This document shows, piece by piece, positions 8,708 to 18,053 of a stretch of DNA of 64,000 nucleotides; positions within the stretch are counted from its first letter, which is position 1, and each line of letters starts with the position of its first letter. The stretch spans positions 2,938,514 through 3,002,513 of the forward strand of contig CP064997.1 in NCBI GenBank assembly GCA_016700055.1. Reading direction: 5' to 3'. Made by a program: the position numbers and the translations under genes. A model generated the notes under the pieces. That model saw only the letters and a program-made list of their open reading frames with translations. It was not told the origin of the DNA and did not search any database. This DNA is from Actinomycetota bacterium. GTDB lineage: Bacteria > Actinomycetota > Acidimicrobiia > Acidimicrobiales > Ilumatobacteraceae.

Positions 8708-9325
8708 ATGACGACGCTTCTGGAATACGCCCAGCAGCACTTCCCGGAGCACGAGGTGGAGTGCCCCGACGGGGCGGTGCCGCTCAACGACATCACCGTG
8801 GTCGCGCACGTGGTCGGACGCACCCGGGCGGCCAGCTTGGTCGAGGGTTTGCGCAAGGCCCTCCACGCCGGGATCGCCAGGGAGGAGCCGAGGATCAAGA
8901 CGGTGATCGTCGAACCGACGTCGCCGACGGTGGTCAACTCCGGCGGCGAAGACCCCGAAGGCGTCGTCGACCTACCCGTCCGGCGCCTTGCCGTCGGGGC
9001 ACTGATCGGTGGCGTGATACTCGGTTTGATCGTCGGTGTCTTCGGCGGGCTCGTCGCGAGCTCTCTCGTCGCAGGCGTTCTCGTCGGGCTGTTCGGTGCC
9101 TTGCTCGGTGCCGCGGCGGGTGCGATGTGGGCCGGTGGCGGCCGCTACGCAGGAAACCGGTCGTGGGAGCAGCCCCACGCCCCCGAGTCGGCGATCGTGC
9201 TCGTCGCCGCGACGTTCGACCACGAGGGCGATGCCCTGGAGGCGGCCGAGGTGATGGCCACCTACGACCCGAACGCGGTGAGGATCGTCGCCGAGGACGG
9301 GGCCTGGCGGAGTCCCAACATCTGA
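8708..9325 (+). CDS. membrane protein with glycine-zipper transmembrane segment, unknown function
   Basis: Start trimmed to ATG 8708 (MTTLLEYAQQHF); AVGALIGGVILGLIVGVFGGLVASSLVAGVLVGLFGALLGAAAGAMWAGG; divergent from the zinc-ribbon/GT4 operon. Confidence 0.55.
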   Translation: MTTLLEYAQQHFPEHEVECPDGAVPLNDITVVAHVVGRTRAASLVEGLRKALHAGIAREEPRIKTVIVEPTSPTVVNSGGEDPEGVVDLPVRRLAVGALIGGVILGLIVGVFGGLVASSLVAGVLVGLFGALLGAAAGAMWAGGGRYAGNRSWEQPHAPESAIVLVAATFDHEGDALEAAEVMATYDPNAVRIVAEDGAWRSPNI

Positions 9326-9509
9326 GCGTCCCGAGCATCTGAGCGATTGGTGGTTTGGCCTCGCTGGTGTCCGGGTACCGACTGCGACATGTCGGGACCC
9401 ACCCTCCGCACCGCACGGGCCTGACACGCGCCGATCTAGCGCCTCAGGAGCCTCGGCGGATCTGACCCGACCGTCGAGACCCGAGTCAGCGAGAGCTCGG
9501 CCGACGCAC

Positions 9510-9539
9510 GGGGGTGCCGGACAGGCAGCCGGCACCCCC
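9510..9539 (+). terminator. GC hairpin GGGGGTGCCGG-N8-CCGGCACCCCC (no U-tract)
   Basis: 11-bp perfect stem read directly; 185 nt downstream of the 8708..9325 stop. Confidence 0.3.
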
Positions 9540-9568
9540 GCATGCGTCGGTCTGCCGAACCCCCACGT

Positions 9569-9616
9569 CACGACCGACGGCCACGACCGATCGATCACGA
9601 CCGACGATCACGACGG
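9569..9616 (+). repeat. four tandem 13-14-bp repeats with core CACGACCGA immediately upstream of hypF
   Basis: CACGACCGA at 9569, 9582, 9596 and CACGACGG at 9609 (spacing 13/14/13 nt); ends 25 nt before the hypF ATG. Confidence 0.6.
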
Positions 9617-9640
9617 CCTCACCGGAAGGCCCGCGGTAGG

Positions 9641-12037
9641 ATGAGCTGCGTGGCTCGCCGATCATCGGCGGATGCATCGCCGGGGAGCGTCGCCAGCACC
9701 GTCGACGTCGTTCGCAGACGCCTGAGGCTGACCGGAGTCGTACAGGGGGTCGGGTTCAGACCGTTCGTGCAGCGTCTGGCGACCGAGCTCGGCCTCGCGG
9801 GGTTCGTCGGCAACGACCCCGACGGCGTGTTCGTAGAGGTGGAGGGCGCCGCACCATCGGTCGAGGCCTTCGCGGCGCGGGTGCGCTCCGACGCCCCGTC
9901 GCTCGCCGTGGTCGAGACGGTGACGGCGTCCGCGCAGGCGGTCCACGGCGACACGGGCTTTCGGATAGCCGAATCCGTCGCCTCCTGCGGTGCGCCTACC
10001 ACGCTCGTGCCCGCCGACGTGGCGACATGCGCCGAGTGTGTGTGCGAGATCGGCGACCCCGGTGATCGTCGCTACCGCTATCCGTTCACGAACTGCACCA
10101 ACTGCGGGCCGCGGTTCACGATCATCCGCGAGCTGCCCTACGACCGGGCGCGCACGACGATGGACGGCTTCGTGCTCTGTGCGGCCTGTCTCGCCGAATA
10201 CCGGGATCCTGCGGATCGTCGCTTCCATGCCGAGCCGGTGGCGTGCCCCGACTGCGGTCCGCAGCTCGCGTTCGAGCGGCACGGTCAAGACGTGATCCGA
10301 GGAACCGATGCGGTGGTCGCCGCCGTGCAGGAGAGCATCGCCGCAGGTGAGGTGGTGGCGGTCAAAGGCATCGGTGGCTACCACCTCGCCTGCGATGCCT
10401 CCGACCGGCGCGCCGTGGCACTGTTGCGCGAGCGCAAGGGGCGCGTCGACAAGCCGTTCGCGCTGATGGTCGCGAACCTGGTCGTCGCGCGTGAGCTCGT
10501 CGAGCTCTCGGCGCAGGACGAAGACGTGCTCGCCTCGCCGGCTGGCCCGATCGTGCTCTGCCCGCGGCGCAGCGACGCGCCGTTGGCGGACAACGTCGCC
10601 CCCGGCAGCCCCTATCTCGGATTGATGCTGCCGTACAGCCCGTTGCACCACCTGCTCTTCCGGGCCGTGCCCGACCGCACCACCCGCGTGCCGCGCGTGC
10701 TCGTGCTCACGTCGGGGAACCTGTCCGACGAACCGATCTGCACCGAGAACGGCGAGGCCCGTGTGCGGCTGGCCGCGCTCGCCGATGCGTACGTGACCCA
10801 CGATCGCCCGATCCACGTCTCGTGCGACGACTCGGTGGTGCGTACCGGGTCGCGGGGGCGGCACCGGGCACTGGAGCCGCTCCGGCGGTCCCGCGGTTAC
10901 GCACCGCTACCGGTGACCCTTCCGTTCGAACTGGCCGTCCCCACGCTCGCCGTCGGCGGTCACCTGAAGAACACGTTCTGCGTGGCGGCGGGGAGGCGGG
11001 CGTGGATGAGCCAGCACGTCGGCGACATGGACAGCCTGGAGGCACTGCACGCGTTCGAGGGCGGCGTGGAAAGGCTCTGCGCGCTGTACGGCATCGACGC
11101 GGTACGCCTCGCCGTCGACATGCATCCCGGATACGTCACGTCTCGCTGGGCCCGCGAGAACGCCGGGGGCCGCGAGGTGGTTCCGGTGCAGCACCACCAC
11201 GCACACGTCGCGGCGCTGATGGCCGAGCACGGCCTCGGCGAGGCCGCGCAGGTGATCGGGATGGCCTTCGACGGGACGGGCTACGGCGTCGACGTCGAAG
11301 GGCACGTCTCGATCTGGGGTGGCGAGGTGCTCGTCGCGGGGTACGCCGGCTTCGAGCGCGTCGGGCACCTACGAGAACTTCCTCTGCCGGGCGCCGACGC
11401 TGCGGTGCGCAATCCCTGCCGGGTCGCTCTCGCGTACCTGGCCGCTTGCGGCATCGACGGCGGTGAAGGCGACCTCGCCCCTCATCGCGCCTGCAGCGAC
11501 GAGGAGCGCCGGGTCGTGGCCCGCATGGTCGAGCGCGGTTCGGGGTGCGCGACGACGTCGAGCATGGGTCGGTTGTTCGACGCCGTCGCCTCGCTGCTCG
11601 GGGTCCGCCAGCGCGTCACCTACGAGGCCCAGGCGGCGATCGAGCTCGAAGCACTGGCCGCGGCGCACGACAGCGGGGGTGTCGTGTGGCCGGTGGAGTT
11701 CGCGGTGGATGCCGACGGGGTGATCGATCCCGCCCCGCTGCTCGGCGGGCTCGTGGCCGGGGTGCGCGCCGGAGTGCCCGCGGCGGCGCTTGCCCACGGC
11801 TTCCACGGCGCGGTGGCGGCGCTGGTCGTCGACCGGGCGGCGGCGGCACGGGCCGAATCCGGCCTGGATGTCGTGGCGCTGACCGGCGGCACGTTCCAGA
11901 ACGTCTTGTTGACGACGCTGGCACGGGAGGGCCTGGAGGCCGCCGGGTTCGAGGTGCTGACCCACGAAGTGGTGCCCCCGAACGACGGCGGGCTGGCCCT
12001 TGGCCAGGCGGTCGTCGCCGGAACGAGGACGGCCTGA
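9641..12037 (+). CDS. hypF: [NiFe]-hydrogenase maturation carbamoyltransferase HypF
   Basis: Acylphosphatase-like VQGVGFRPFV, two zinc-finger pairs (CAECVCE...CTNCGPRF; CAACLAEY...CPDCGP), YrdC-like and Kae1-like domains; start ATG 9641 chosen, upstream ORF part is HDRR-repeat junk. Confidence 0.95.
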   Translation: MSCVARRSSADASPGSVASTVDVVRRRLRLTGVVQGVGFRPFVQRLATELGLAGFVGNDPDGVFVEVEGAAPSVEAFAARVRSDAPSLAVVETVTASAQAVHGDTGFRIAESVASCGAPTTLVPADVATCAECVCEIGDPGDRRYRYPFTNCTNCGPRFTIIRELPYDRARTTMDGFVLCAACLAEYRDPADRRFHAEPVACPDCGPQLAFERHGQDVIRGTDAVVAAVQESIAAGEVVAVKGIGGYHLACDASDRRAVALLRERKGRVDKPFALMVANLVVARELVELSAQDEDVLASPAGPIVLCPRRSDAPLADNVAPGSPYLGLMLPYSPLHHLLFRAVPDRTTRVPRVLVLTSGNLSDEPICTENGEARVRLAALADAYVTHDRPIHVSCDDSVVRTGSRGRHRALEPLRRSRGYAPLPVTLPFELAVPTLAVGGHLKNTFCVAAGRRAWMSQHVGDMDSLEALHAFEGGVERLCALYGIDAVRLAVDMHPGYVTSRWARENAGGREVVPVQHHHAHVAALMAEHGLGEAAQVIGMAFDGTGYGVDVEGHVSIWGGEVLVAGYAGFERVGHLRELPLPGADAAVRNPCRVALAYLAACGIDGGEGDLAPHRACSDEERRVVARMVERGSGCATTSSMGRLFDAVASLLGVRQRVTYEAQAAIELEALAAAHDSGGVVWPVEFAVDADGVIDPAPLLGGLVAGVRAGVPAAALAHGFHGAVAALVVDRAAAARAESGLDVVALTGGTFQNVLLTTLAREGLEAAGFEVLTHEVVPPNDGGLALGQAVVAGTRTA

Positions 12038-12038
12038 G

Positions 12039-12284
12039 ATGTGCCTCGGCGTGCCCGGGTTGATCGTCGAGCTCTACGACGACCGTGGAGTGCAGATGGC
12101 CGACGTCGACTTCGGCGGGGTGAGGCGGCCCGTGTGCATGGCTTACACACCGGACGCCGCCGTCGGCGACTACGCGATCGTGCACGCGGGGTTCGCCATC
12201 GCCCGCCTCGACGAAGCAGCTGCGCAGGAGTCGCTCGCGCTGTACCGCGAAATGGATGCGGGCGAAGAGGAGCCCTCGCCGTGA
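12039..12284 (+). CDS. hypC: hydrogenase maturation chaperone HypC
   Basis: N-terminal MCLGVPG signature; 81 aa; starts 1 nt after hypF stop. Confidence 0.9.
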   Translation: MCLGVPGLIVELYDDRGVQMADVDFGGVRRPVCMAYTPDAAVGDYAIVHAGFAIARLDEAAAQESLALYREMDAGEEEPSP

Positions 12285-13384
12285 AGTACCTCTCCGAGTT
12301 CCGCGACCCGGAGATCGCGCAGTCGCTCCTCGCCCGGATCGAGGCCGCGGTGACGCGTCCGTGGGCGGTGATGGAGGTGTGCGGGGGGCAGACGCACTCG
12401 ATCATCCGGTACGGGATCGACCAGCTGCTGCCGGAGGGCCTCTCGCTGATCCATGGGCCCGGTTGCCCGGTGTGCGTGACCCCGTTGGAGATGATCGATC
12501 GCTCGCTCGCGATCGCGGCCCGTGACGGTGTGGTCTTCTGTTCGTTCGGCGACATGTTGCGCGTGCCGGGCAGCAGCCGTGATCTCACCATGGTGCGGGC
12601 CGAGGGTGGCGACGTGAGGGTCGTGTACTCGCCGCTCGACGCGCTGGCGATCGCCCGTGACAACCTGGATCGCGAGGTGGTCTTCTTCGCCGTCGGTTTC
12701 GAGACCACCGCGCCGGCGACCGCGATGGCCGTGCACGTCGCCCGCCGCGAGGGACTCGGCAACTTCTCGATGCTCGTCAGCCACGTGCTGGTCCCTCCCG
12801 CGATCGGCGCGATCGCGGCCTCGGCGGCGTCGCGGGTGGACGGCTTCCTCGCCGCGGGCCACGTCTGCACCGTGATGGGGTCGGCGCCGTACGAACCGCT
12901 CTCCGAGCTGCACCAAGTGCCGATCGTGGTCACCGGCTTCGAGCCCGTCGACGTGCTCGACGGCATCCGGCGCTGCGTGCGCCAGCTCGAGTCCGGCCGC
13001 CACGAGGTGGAGAACGCCTACCCGCGCGCCGTGCGACGCGACGGCAACCCGGCGGCGAAAGCGATGCTCGACGACGTGTTCGACGTGTGCGACCGCCGGT
13101 GGCGCGGGATCGGCGTGATCCCGGCGAGCGGGTGGCGGCTGAGCGAGCGGTACGCGTCGTTCGACGCCGAACGGCGCTTCGACGTCGCCGACGTGCAGGT
13201 GGAGGAGCCGGCGCGCTGCCGAGCCGGTGACGTGCTCCAGGGTCTGATCACCCCCGACGAGTGCGAGTGCTTCGGCGGGGAGTGCACGCCGCGCAACCCG
13301 CTCGGCGCGCCGATGGTGTCCTCCGAGGGTGCCTGCGCCGCCTACTACCAGTACCGCTACCAGTACCGCGGCGCCGATGGCTGA
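12281..13384 (+). CDS. hypD: hydrogenase maturation protein HypD
   Basis: GTG 12281 in GTGA overlap with hypC; [26 protein letters not shown] motifs. Confidence 0.95.
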   Translation: MKYLSEFRDPEIAQSLLARIEAAVTRPWAVMEVCGGQTHSIIRYGIDQLLPEGLSLIHGPGCPVCVTPLEMIDRSLAIAARDGVVFCSFGDMLRVPGSSRDLTMVRAEGGDVRVVYSPLDALAIARDNLDREVVFFAVGFETTAPATAMAVHVARREGLGNFSMLVSHVLVPPAIGAIAASAASRVDGFLAAGHVCTVMGSAPYEPLSELHQVPIVVTGFEPVDVLDGIRRCVRQLESGRHEVENAYPRAVRRDGNPAAKAMLDDVFDVCDRRWRGIGVIPASGWRLSERYASFDAERRFDVADVQVEEPARCRAGDVLQGLITPDECECFGGECTPRNPLGAPMVSSEGACAAYYQYRYQYRGADG

Positions 13385-14459
13385 GCAGCGACCCGGCGAG
13401 GGCGAGCTCGACGTTTCCGGGTGGACGTGCCCGGTGCCGCTGCGCCGCCATCAGCGCGTCGTGCTCGGGCACGGCGGCGGGGGAGTGCTGTCGGCGGAGT
13501 TGATCGAGCACCTCTTCCTGCCCGCATTCGGCGAGGCCGCGCGGACGGCGACCCTCGCCGACGCGGCGGTGCTCGAGCTGGGTGAAGGTGTGCGGCTGGC
13601 GTTCAGCACCGACTCGTACGTGGTGCGTCCCCTCGTGTTCCCCGGCGGCGACATCGGTGAGCTCGCGGTGTACGGAACGGTCAACGACCTGGCGATGCGC
13701 GGCGCCGTTCCACTGGCGCTCTCGACTGCCTTCGTCCTGGAGGAGGGACTGGAGCTGGCGCTGCTCGGGCGTGTGGCCGAGTCGATGGGCCGGGCCGCGC
13801 GTCGGGTCGGCGTCGGCCTCGTCACGGGCGACACCAAGGTGGTCGAAGCCGGGCACGGCGATGGGCTGTACGTGAACACGACCGGCATCGGCCTGGTACC
13901 CCGTGGTGTCGACGTGCGCCCGGACGGGGCCCGCCCCGGCGACGTGGTGATCGTCAGCGGTCCGATCGGCCTGCACGGCATCGCCGTGCTGAGCGTGCGT
14001 GACGGCATCGAGTTCGCCACGGAGGTCCGTTCGGACACCGCGCCGCTGCACGACCTCGTCGCCGCGATGCTTGCCGCGGCTGCCGGCGTCCACGTACTCC
14101 GTGACCCGACGCGGGGCGGCCTGGCCGCGTCACTGTGCGAGATCGCAGCCACGTCGGGCGCCGGAATCGAGATCGTCGAGTCCGCGGTGCCCGTGCCGGC
14201 CGAGGTCGAAGCCGCGTGCAACCTGCTCGGGCTCGACCCGTTGCACGTGGCGAACGAGGGCAAGCTGGTTGCCTTCGTCGCCGCCGACGATGCCGACGCC
14301 GTGCTCGCGGCGATGCAGGGCACCGAGGTGGGTGCGGGCTCGGTCGTCGTCGGCCGTGTCACCGCGGATCATCCGGGTCTCGTCGTGGCCCGCACCGCGC
14401 TCGGCGCGACGAGGATCGTCGACCGCCCGCTCGGCGAGCAGCTCCCGCGGATCTGCTGA
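13377..14459 (+). CDS. hypE: hydrogenase maturation protein HypE (carbamoyl dehydratase)
   Basis: ATG 13377 overlaps hypD by 8 nt; PurM-like fold motifs and diagnostic C-terminal PRIC. Confidence 0.95.
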   Translation: MAEQRPGEGELDVSGWTCPVPLRRHQRVVLGHGGGGVLSAELIEHLFLPAFGEAARTATLADAAVLELGEGVRLAFSTDSYVVRPLVFPGGDIGELAVYGTVNDLAMRGAVPLALSTAFVLEEGLELALLGRVAESMGRAARRVGVGLVTGDTKVVEAGHGDGLYVNTTGIGLVPRGVDVRPDGARPGDVVIVSGPIGLHGIAVLSVRDGIEFATEVRSDTAPLHDLVAAMLAAAAGVHVLRDPTRGGLAASLCEIAATSGAGIEIVESAVPVPAEVEAACNLLGLDPLHVANEGKLVAFVAADDADAVLAAMQGTEVGAGSVVVGRVTADHPGLVVARTALGATRIVDRPLGEQLPRIC

Positions 14460-14480
14460 GTGCGTGGTGCGTGGTGCGTG
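14460..14480 (+). repeat. three tandem GTGCGTG heptamers directly after the hypE stop
   Basis: Read directly: GTGCGTG GTGCGTG GTGCGTG then GCGCGG. Confidence 0.7.
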
Positions 14481-14513
14481 GCGCGGCCGTTGCGGCGATC
14501 TGCCGTGCCGTGA

Positions 14514-15788
14514 TCAGCGCTCGGCGATCTCCACCGTCAGCTCGTAGGCACCGGCCACCTCCGGCCCGAGGCCGAGCGGGGCGGGGTCGAGGCCGAGCTC
14601 GTAGCGGATGGCCGCGGTCACCGCGTGGCGGATGATCGGGAACGAGACCTCGACCGGTACCGACGGAGGCACGCAGCCGTCCTCGCCGAGCGTGCGCAGC
14701 TGCGGCTGGGCGTCGAGCAGGGCGCGCAGCCCGTTGGCCTCGGCGACGCCGATGATCCCGCGGCCGTTGCCGAACGTGCAGAAGTCGTCGAAGCCGTTGT
14801 GCCCGACCCCTTCGATGATCCAGAGCCGGGTGGGCGAGGGTGCCGCCTCGAACGCGGGCCGGGTGCGTTCCTCGGCGGGCACGACCTCGTCGGTGGAGCC
14901 GGCGAGGAAGAACGACGGCTTGTCGGGCAGCGGCTCACCGGCGTCGACGGAGATGCCTGACGCCATCGAGACGTAGGCGTCGATGCGCTCGTCGGTGGCG
15001 GCGCGCATCACCGTGCCCCCGCCGGCGGAGTGGCCGAGCGCGACGACGTGGTTGGCGTCGACGTGGCCGTCGAAGCGGCCACCCGGCGTGGCGCCCTCGG
15101 CCACGATCAGCTCCAGTGCGCCGAGCAGCTCGTTGACGCTCTCCGACGGGTCACGGCTGCCGCTGCCGGAGAGCACGCTCGCGAGCGTCCTCGACGGGTG
15201 GTCCGGGGCGACGACGATCATCCCGTGGCTGGCGAGGTGCGAGGTGAGAAACGAGCTGTTCAGACGCATCCCGCTGAAGCCGTGGCTGAACAGCACCAGC
15301 GGGAACGCGCCGGGCTCCACCCACGCGTCGCGCCCGGCCGCGTAGACGAACGTCGCCGGCACGTCCGCAGTGAGGACCGCCCGGATCGCGTCGGGGACGA
15401 AGTCGCGGACGTCGTAGCCGTCGATGCCGGTCGTGCCCTGGATCGCCGGGTACCAGACCTCCACCTCTGGGCCCATGGGCAAGCTGAGTGTGGTGACGCC
15501 GACGGGGTGCGGACCGGGCTCCGCGTACGCGTAGGCGGCCATGAACACCTCGACGGGATCGAGGGTGGTCGACGGCGCCTCGGTGGCCGCGGGTGCGGTC
15601 GTGCCTGGCACGGTGGAGGGCGAGTTCGTCGTCGGCTGGGGCGCCGTGGTCGACACCTGGGGCGCAGTGTCGGCCGGGCCTGTGGTCGGCCCGCTCGGGT
15701 CGGTGTTGCCGGCGGCGGCGGAGCACGCGCTGAGCACCAACGTCGCCACGATCACCGCTGACGCCGACCGTCGCGTTGTCGCCCGCAC
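14514..15788 (-). CDS. secreted lipoprotein, alpha/beta hydrolase (PAF-acetylhydrolase/dienelactone-hydrolase-like)
   Basis: GTG start; signal plus lipobox VATLVLSAC; Thr/Pro-rich linker; nucleophile elbow LGHSAGGG; HNGF near C-terminus. Confidence 0.7.
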   Translation of the reverse strand: MRATTRRSASAVIVATLVLSACSAAAGNTDPSGPTTGPADTAPQVSTTAPQPTTNSPSTVPGTTAPAATEAPSTTLDPVEVFMAAYAYAEPGPHPVGVTTLSLPMGPEVEVWYPAIQGTTGIDGYDVRDFVPDAIRAVLTADVPATFVYAAGRDAWVEPGAFPLVLFSHGFSGMRLNSSFLTSHLASHGMIVVAPDHPSRTLASVLSGSGSRDPSESVNELLGALELIVAEGATPGGRFDGHVDANHVVALGHSAGGGTVMRAATDERIDAYVSMASGISVDAGEPLPDKPSFFLAGSTDEVVPAEERTRPAFEAAPSPTRLWIIEGVGHNGFDDFCTFGNGRGIIGVAEANGLRALLDAQPQLRTLGEDGCVPPSVPVEVSFPIIRHAVTAAIRYELGLDPAPLGLGPEVAGAYELTVEIAER

Positions 15789-15897
15789 TGCGCCAGACTC
15801 GCAGACTCCGCGACGTGTGCGGAAGCCCGGCGGGGATCGGCGCTCAGCCGTTTCGGGCCGCTATGGTGGCGGTCCCGCCAGGCAGTGCCGGGCGGAT

Positions 15898-15969
15898 GGC
15901 GACGTGGCCGAGTGGCTTAGGCAAGGGCCTGCAAAGCCCTGTACAGGGGTTCGATTCCCCTCGTCGCCT
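15898..15969 (+). tRNA. tRNA-Cys (anticodon GCA)
   Basis: Hand-folded cloverleaf: acceptor GGCGACG/CGTCGCC, anticodon stem AGGGC/GCCCT with loop CTGCAAA, T-arm AGGGG-TTCGATT-CCCCT, discriminator T; CCA not encoded. Confidence 0.85.
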
Positions 15970-16004
15970 CTCTCCGCTCTCGAACACTCCGTCGCGAACG
16001 CGTT

Positions 16005-16053
16005 GTTCTCGGTCGGATTTGTGACACATAGCGCGACTCATCCGACCGAGAAC
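16005..16053 (+). repeat. 49-bp hairpin element, copy 1 (variant C at position 35)
   Basis: GTTCTCGGTCGGAT-TTGTGACACATAGCGCGACTC-ATCCGACCGAGAAC; 36 nt after tRNA-Cys, 7 nt from the stop of the minus-strand beta-helix gene. Confidence 0.95.
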
Positions 16054-16060
16054 GACGCCG

Positions 16061-17989
16061 TCACGGACGGCCCGGAGGGCGGCCGCCGCCGCCGAACATG
16101 CCGGTGCCGGCCTCACCAGGGGTCGTGGTGGCCACGAGCGTGCCTCCCGAATATTCGCCGCCCTCGATCAGGCCGTCGGTCGCCGTGCCGGTGCTGCTGC
16201 CGCCGACGTACACCTCGTACGTCGCGGCGGCATCGATCAGCTCGGACGAGACGACGATGGACGAGAACGGCTTGCTCGGCGAGAAGGTCACGATCGCCGT
16301 GCCGTCGGTCGACTGCACGTGCACGAGAGTGCCGGCCGCCTGGGTGGCGAACGTCGCCAGCACCGATTGCTGGGCGGACGACGTGCTCGGTGCCATCGCC
16401 ATGCCCGAGCTGCCGGTGGCGACCAGCAGGCCGCCGCTGATGTCGAACGTGCCGTCGTAGTCCAACGCCCCGTTCATGTCCTCGGTGGGGCCGTCGACGA
16501 TGACGGTCCCGCCGGACATCGTCACCGGGCCGTTGATGTCGAGGCCGTCGCCTCCGGCGATCACGACGACGGTGCCGCCTTCGACGGTCAAGCTGTAGTT
16601 GCCGCCGGCGAAGCCGTCGCCGCCACCGCCAGGCCCGGCCATGCCCGAGGCGTCGTTGCCTCCGGCCGCGTTGATGCCGTCGTCGCTGGCGACGATGTCG
16701 ATCCGCCCGCCGGTGATCGTGAGCGCGGCGCTCTCGAGCCCCTCGTACGAATCGGTCACGTTCACGCTGCCGCCGCTAACGAGGAGCGTGGCGTCGGCGT
16801 GCACACCGTCGTCTCCGGTCGACGCCACCACCTGGCCGGCGGCGATCACGACCGAGTCGTTGGAGTGGACGGCGTCGTCGGCTGCGTCGACGACCAGCGC
16901 GGAGCCGTCGACCACGACGCTCGCCGCACCCTTCACGCCCTTGGCCGAAGCGTCGGCTGCAATGGCGGCGTCGCTGCCATCGCCGGCCACGATCTCGACG
17001 TTGCCGCCGACGAGCACCACGTCGGTGCTCGCGTCCAGCCCGTCGCCTCCGGCGGTCACGTTCAGCGTGCCGCCTGCCACCGAGATCCAGCCGCGGGTGG
17101 CATCCTCGTCGTTGTCGGCCTTCACCCCGTCGCCCCCGGCGACGACGGTCACCGTGCCGGCGTCCACCGCGACGAAGTCCTTGCCGCGAATGCCGTCGTC
17201 GACGGCGTCGACCGTGATCGTGCCGCCGAGCACGACGAGTCCGTCCTTGCTGGCGATGCCGTCGTTGTAGGCGCCCTCGACCGCGAGCGAGCCGTTGCCG
17301 CCGATGGTGAGGTCGGCCGCGCTGAAGAGCGTCGCGTTGGGCTCGTCGGTGGAGGTGTCGGCGAACGTGTACGACGCCTCGTCGCTCAGGCGGTTCTCGG
17401 TGCCGTCGGCGAGCACGACGACCACCTCGTCGGCCGCGAGCACGGCGATGGGCGCGGTGGTGGAGCTGTGGATGTCGACGCCGTCGAGCACCAGTCGCAC
17501 GGTCCCTTCGCCGGCGGACTCGACGACCACCTGTCCGTCGGTCAGTGTGCCGCTCAGCACGTACGTGCCTGCAGCAGAGATCGTCACCGTCGAGCCGTCC
17601 ACGCTCACGCCTTCGCCGGAGGCGGTGGCGCTGTCGCCGCCGAGCACGATCTCCGCCGCGTCGTCGGCGTTCCAGTCGAGGTCGTCGGCCTGGTCGTGGC
17701 GCTCGCTGTTGGCGGCCAGGGTCTCGGCGCCGACACCGGTGGAGTCGGTTGCCTGCGCGGCCACCTCGGTGACGGTGCCGTCGGCGTCGCCGGAGGCCTC
17801 GTCCGTGGTGCCGCCGGTGTCGTTGGCCGTGTCGTCCGAGGTGTCGCCGGTGGTAGCTGCGTTCGTGTCGTCGGTGCCGGTTGTGGTCTCGACGGCGATG
17901 CTGTCGGTCGTGTCGGTGCTCGTCGAGCACGCGGCCAGTGCCGACAGGGCGAGGGTGCCGGCGAGGGCGAGGTTGCGGATGCTTCGCAT
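16061..17989 (-). CDS. secreted lipoprotein with repetitive parallel beta-helix-like region (Cthe_2159-type carbohydrate-binding family)
   Basis: Lipobox LALSALAAC; Asp/Thr-rich linker; recurring DDG[IV]x and GGDG[LV]xA motifs (DDGIASKDG, DDGIRGKD, GGDGVKAD, GGDGLDAS, DDAVHSND, DDGVHADA, DDGINAAGG, GGDGLDING); GAAGGAAAG RBS. Confidence 0.7.
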   Translation of the reverse strand: MRSIRNLALAGTLALSALAACSTSTDTTDSIAVETTTGTDDTNAATTGDTSDDTANDTGGTTDEASGDADGTVTEVAAQATDSTGVGAETLAANSERHDQADDLDWNADDAAEIVLGGDSATASGEGVSVDGSTVTISAAGTYVLSGTLTDGQVVVESAGEGTVRLVLDGVDIHSSTTAPIAVLAADEVVVVLADGTENRLSDEASYTFADTSTDEPNATLFSAADLTIGGNGSLAVEGAYNDGIASKDGLVVLGGTITVDAVDDGIRGKDFVAVDAGTVTVVAGGDGVKADNDEDATRGWISVAGGTLNVTAGGDGLDASTDVVLVGGNVEIVAGDGSDAAIAADASAKGVKGAASVVVDGSALVVDAADDAVHSNDSVVIAAGQVVASTGDDGVHADATLLVSGGSVNVTDSYEGLESAALTITGGRIDIVASDDGINAAGGNDASGMAGPGGGGDGFAGGNYSLTVEGGTVVVIAGGDGLDINGPVTMSGGTVIVDGPTEDMNGALDYDGTFDISGGLLVATGSSGMAMAPSTSSAQQSVLATFATQAAGTLVHVQSTDGTAIVTFSPSKPFSSIVVSSELIDAAATYEVYVGGSSTGTATDGLIEGGEYSGGTLVATTTPGEAGTGMFGGGGRPPGRP

Positions 17990-18053
17990 GGGTGTCTTTC
18001 CTTCAGAGGTGGGGGAGGGGGTGAACGGGGAACTTGCGCGGACGGCGCGGCCG

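Noticed and set aside
7346-8866. Long N-terminal extensions of track ORFs. Examples are GT4 to 8866, GGDEF-EAL to 25220, MFS to 29188, MenH to 32055, the acyl-CoA dehydrogenase to 23086, the CBS protein to 5568 and DinG to 48637.
   Set aside because: The extensions are compositionally aberrant and overlap neighbouring real genes. Each family-typical N-terminus begins at an internal ATG/GTG, often in a 1- or 4-nt overlap with the upstream stop or behind an RBS-like purine run.
9542-9640. hypF starting at ATG 9542, which would make the CACGACCGA repeats coding (HDRR repeats).
   Set aside because: HypF homologues begin close to the acylphosphatase domain. The extra 33 residues would be an Arg/Pro/His low-complexity tract encoded by the tandem DNA repeat. 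ATG 9641 follows a GGTAGG purine run.
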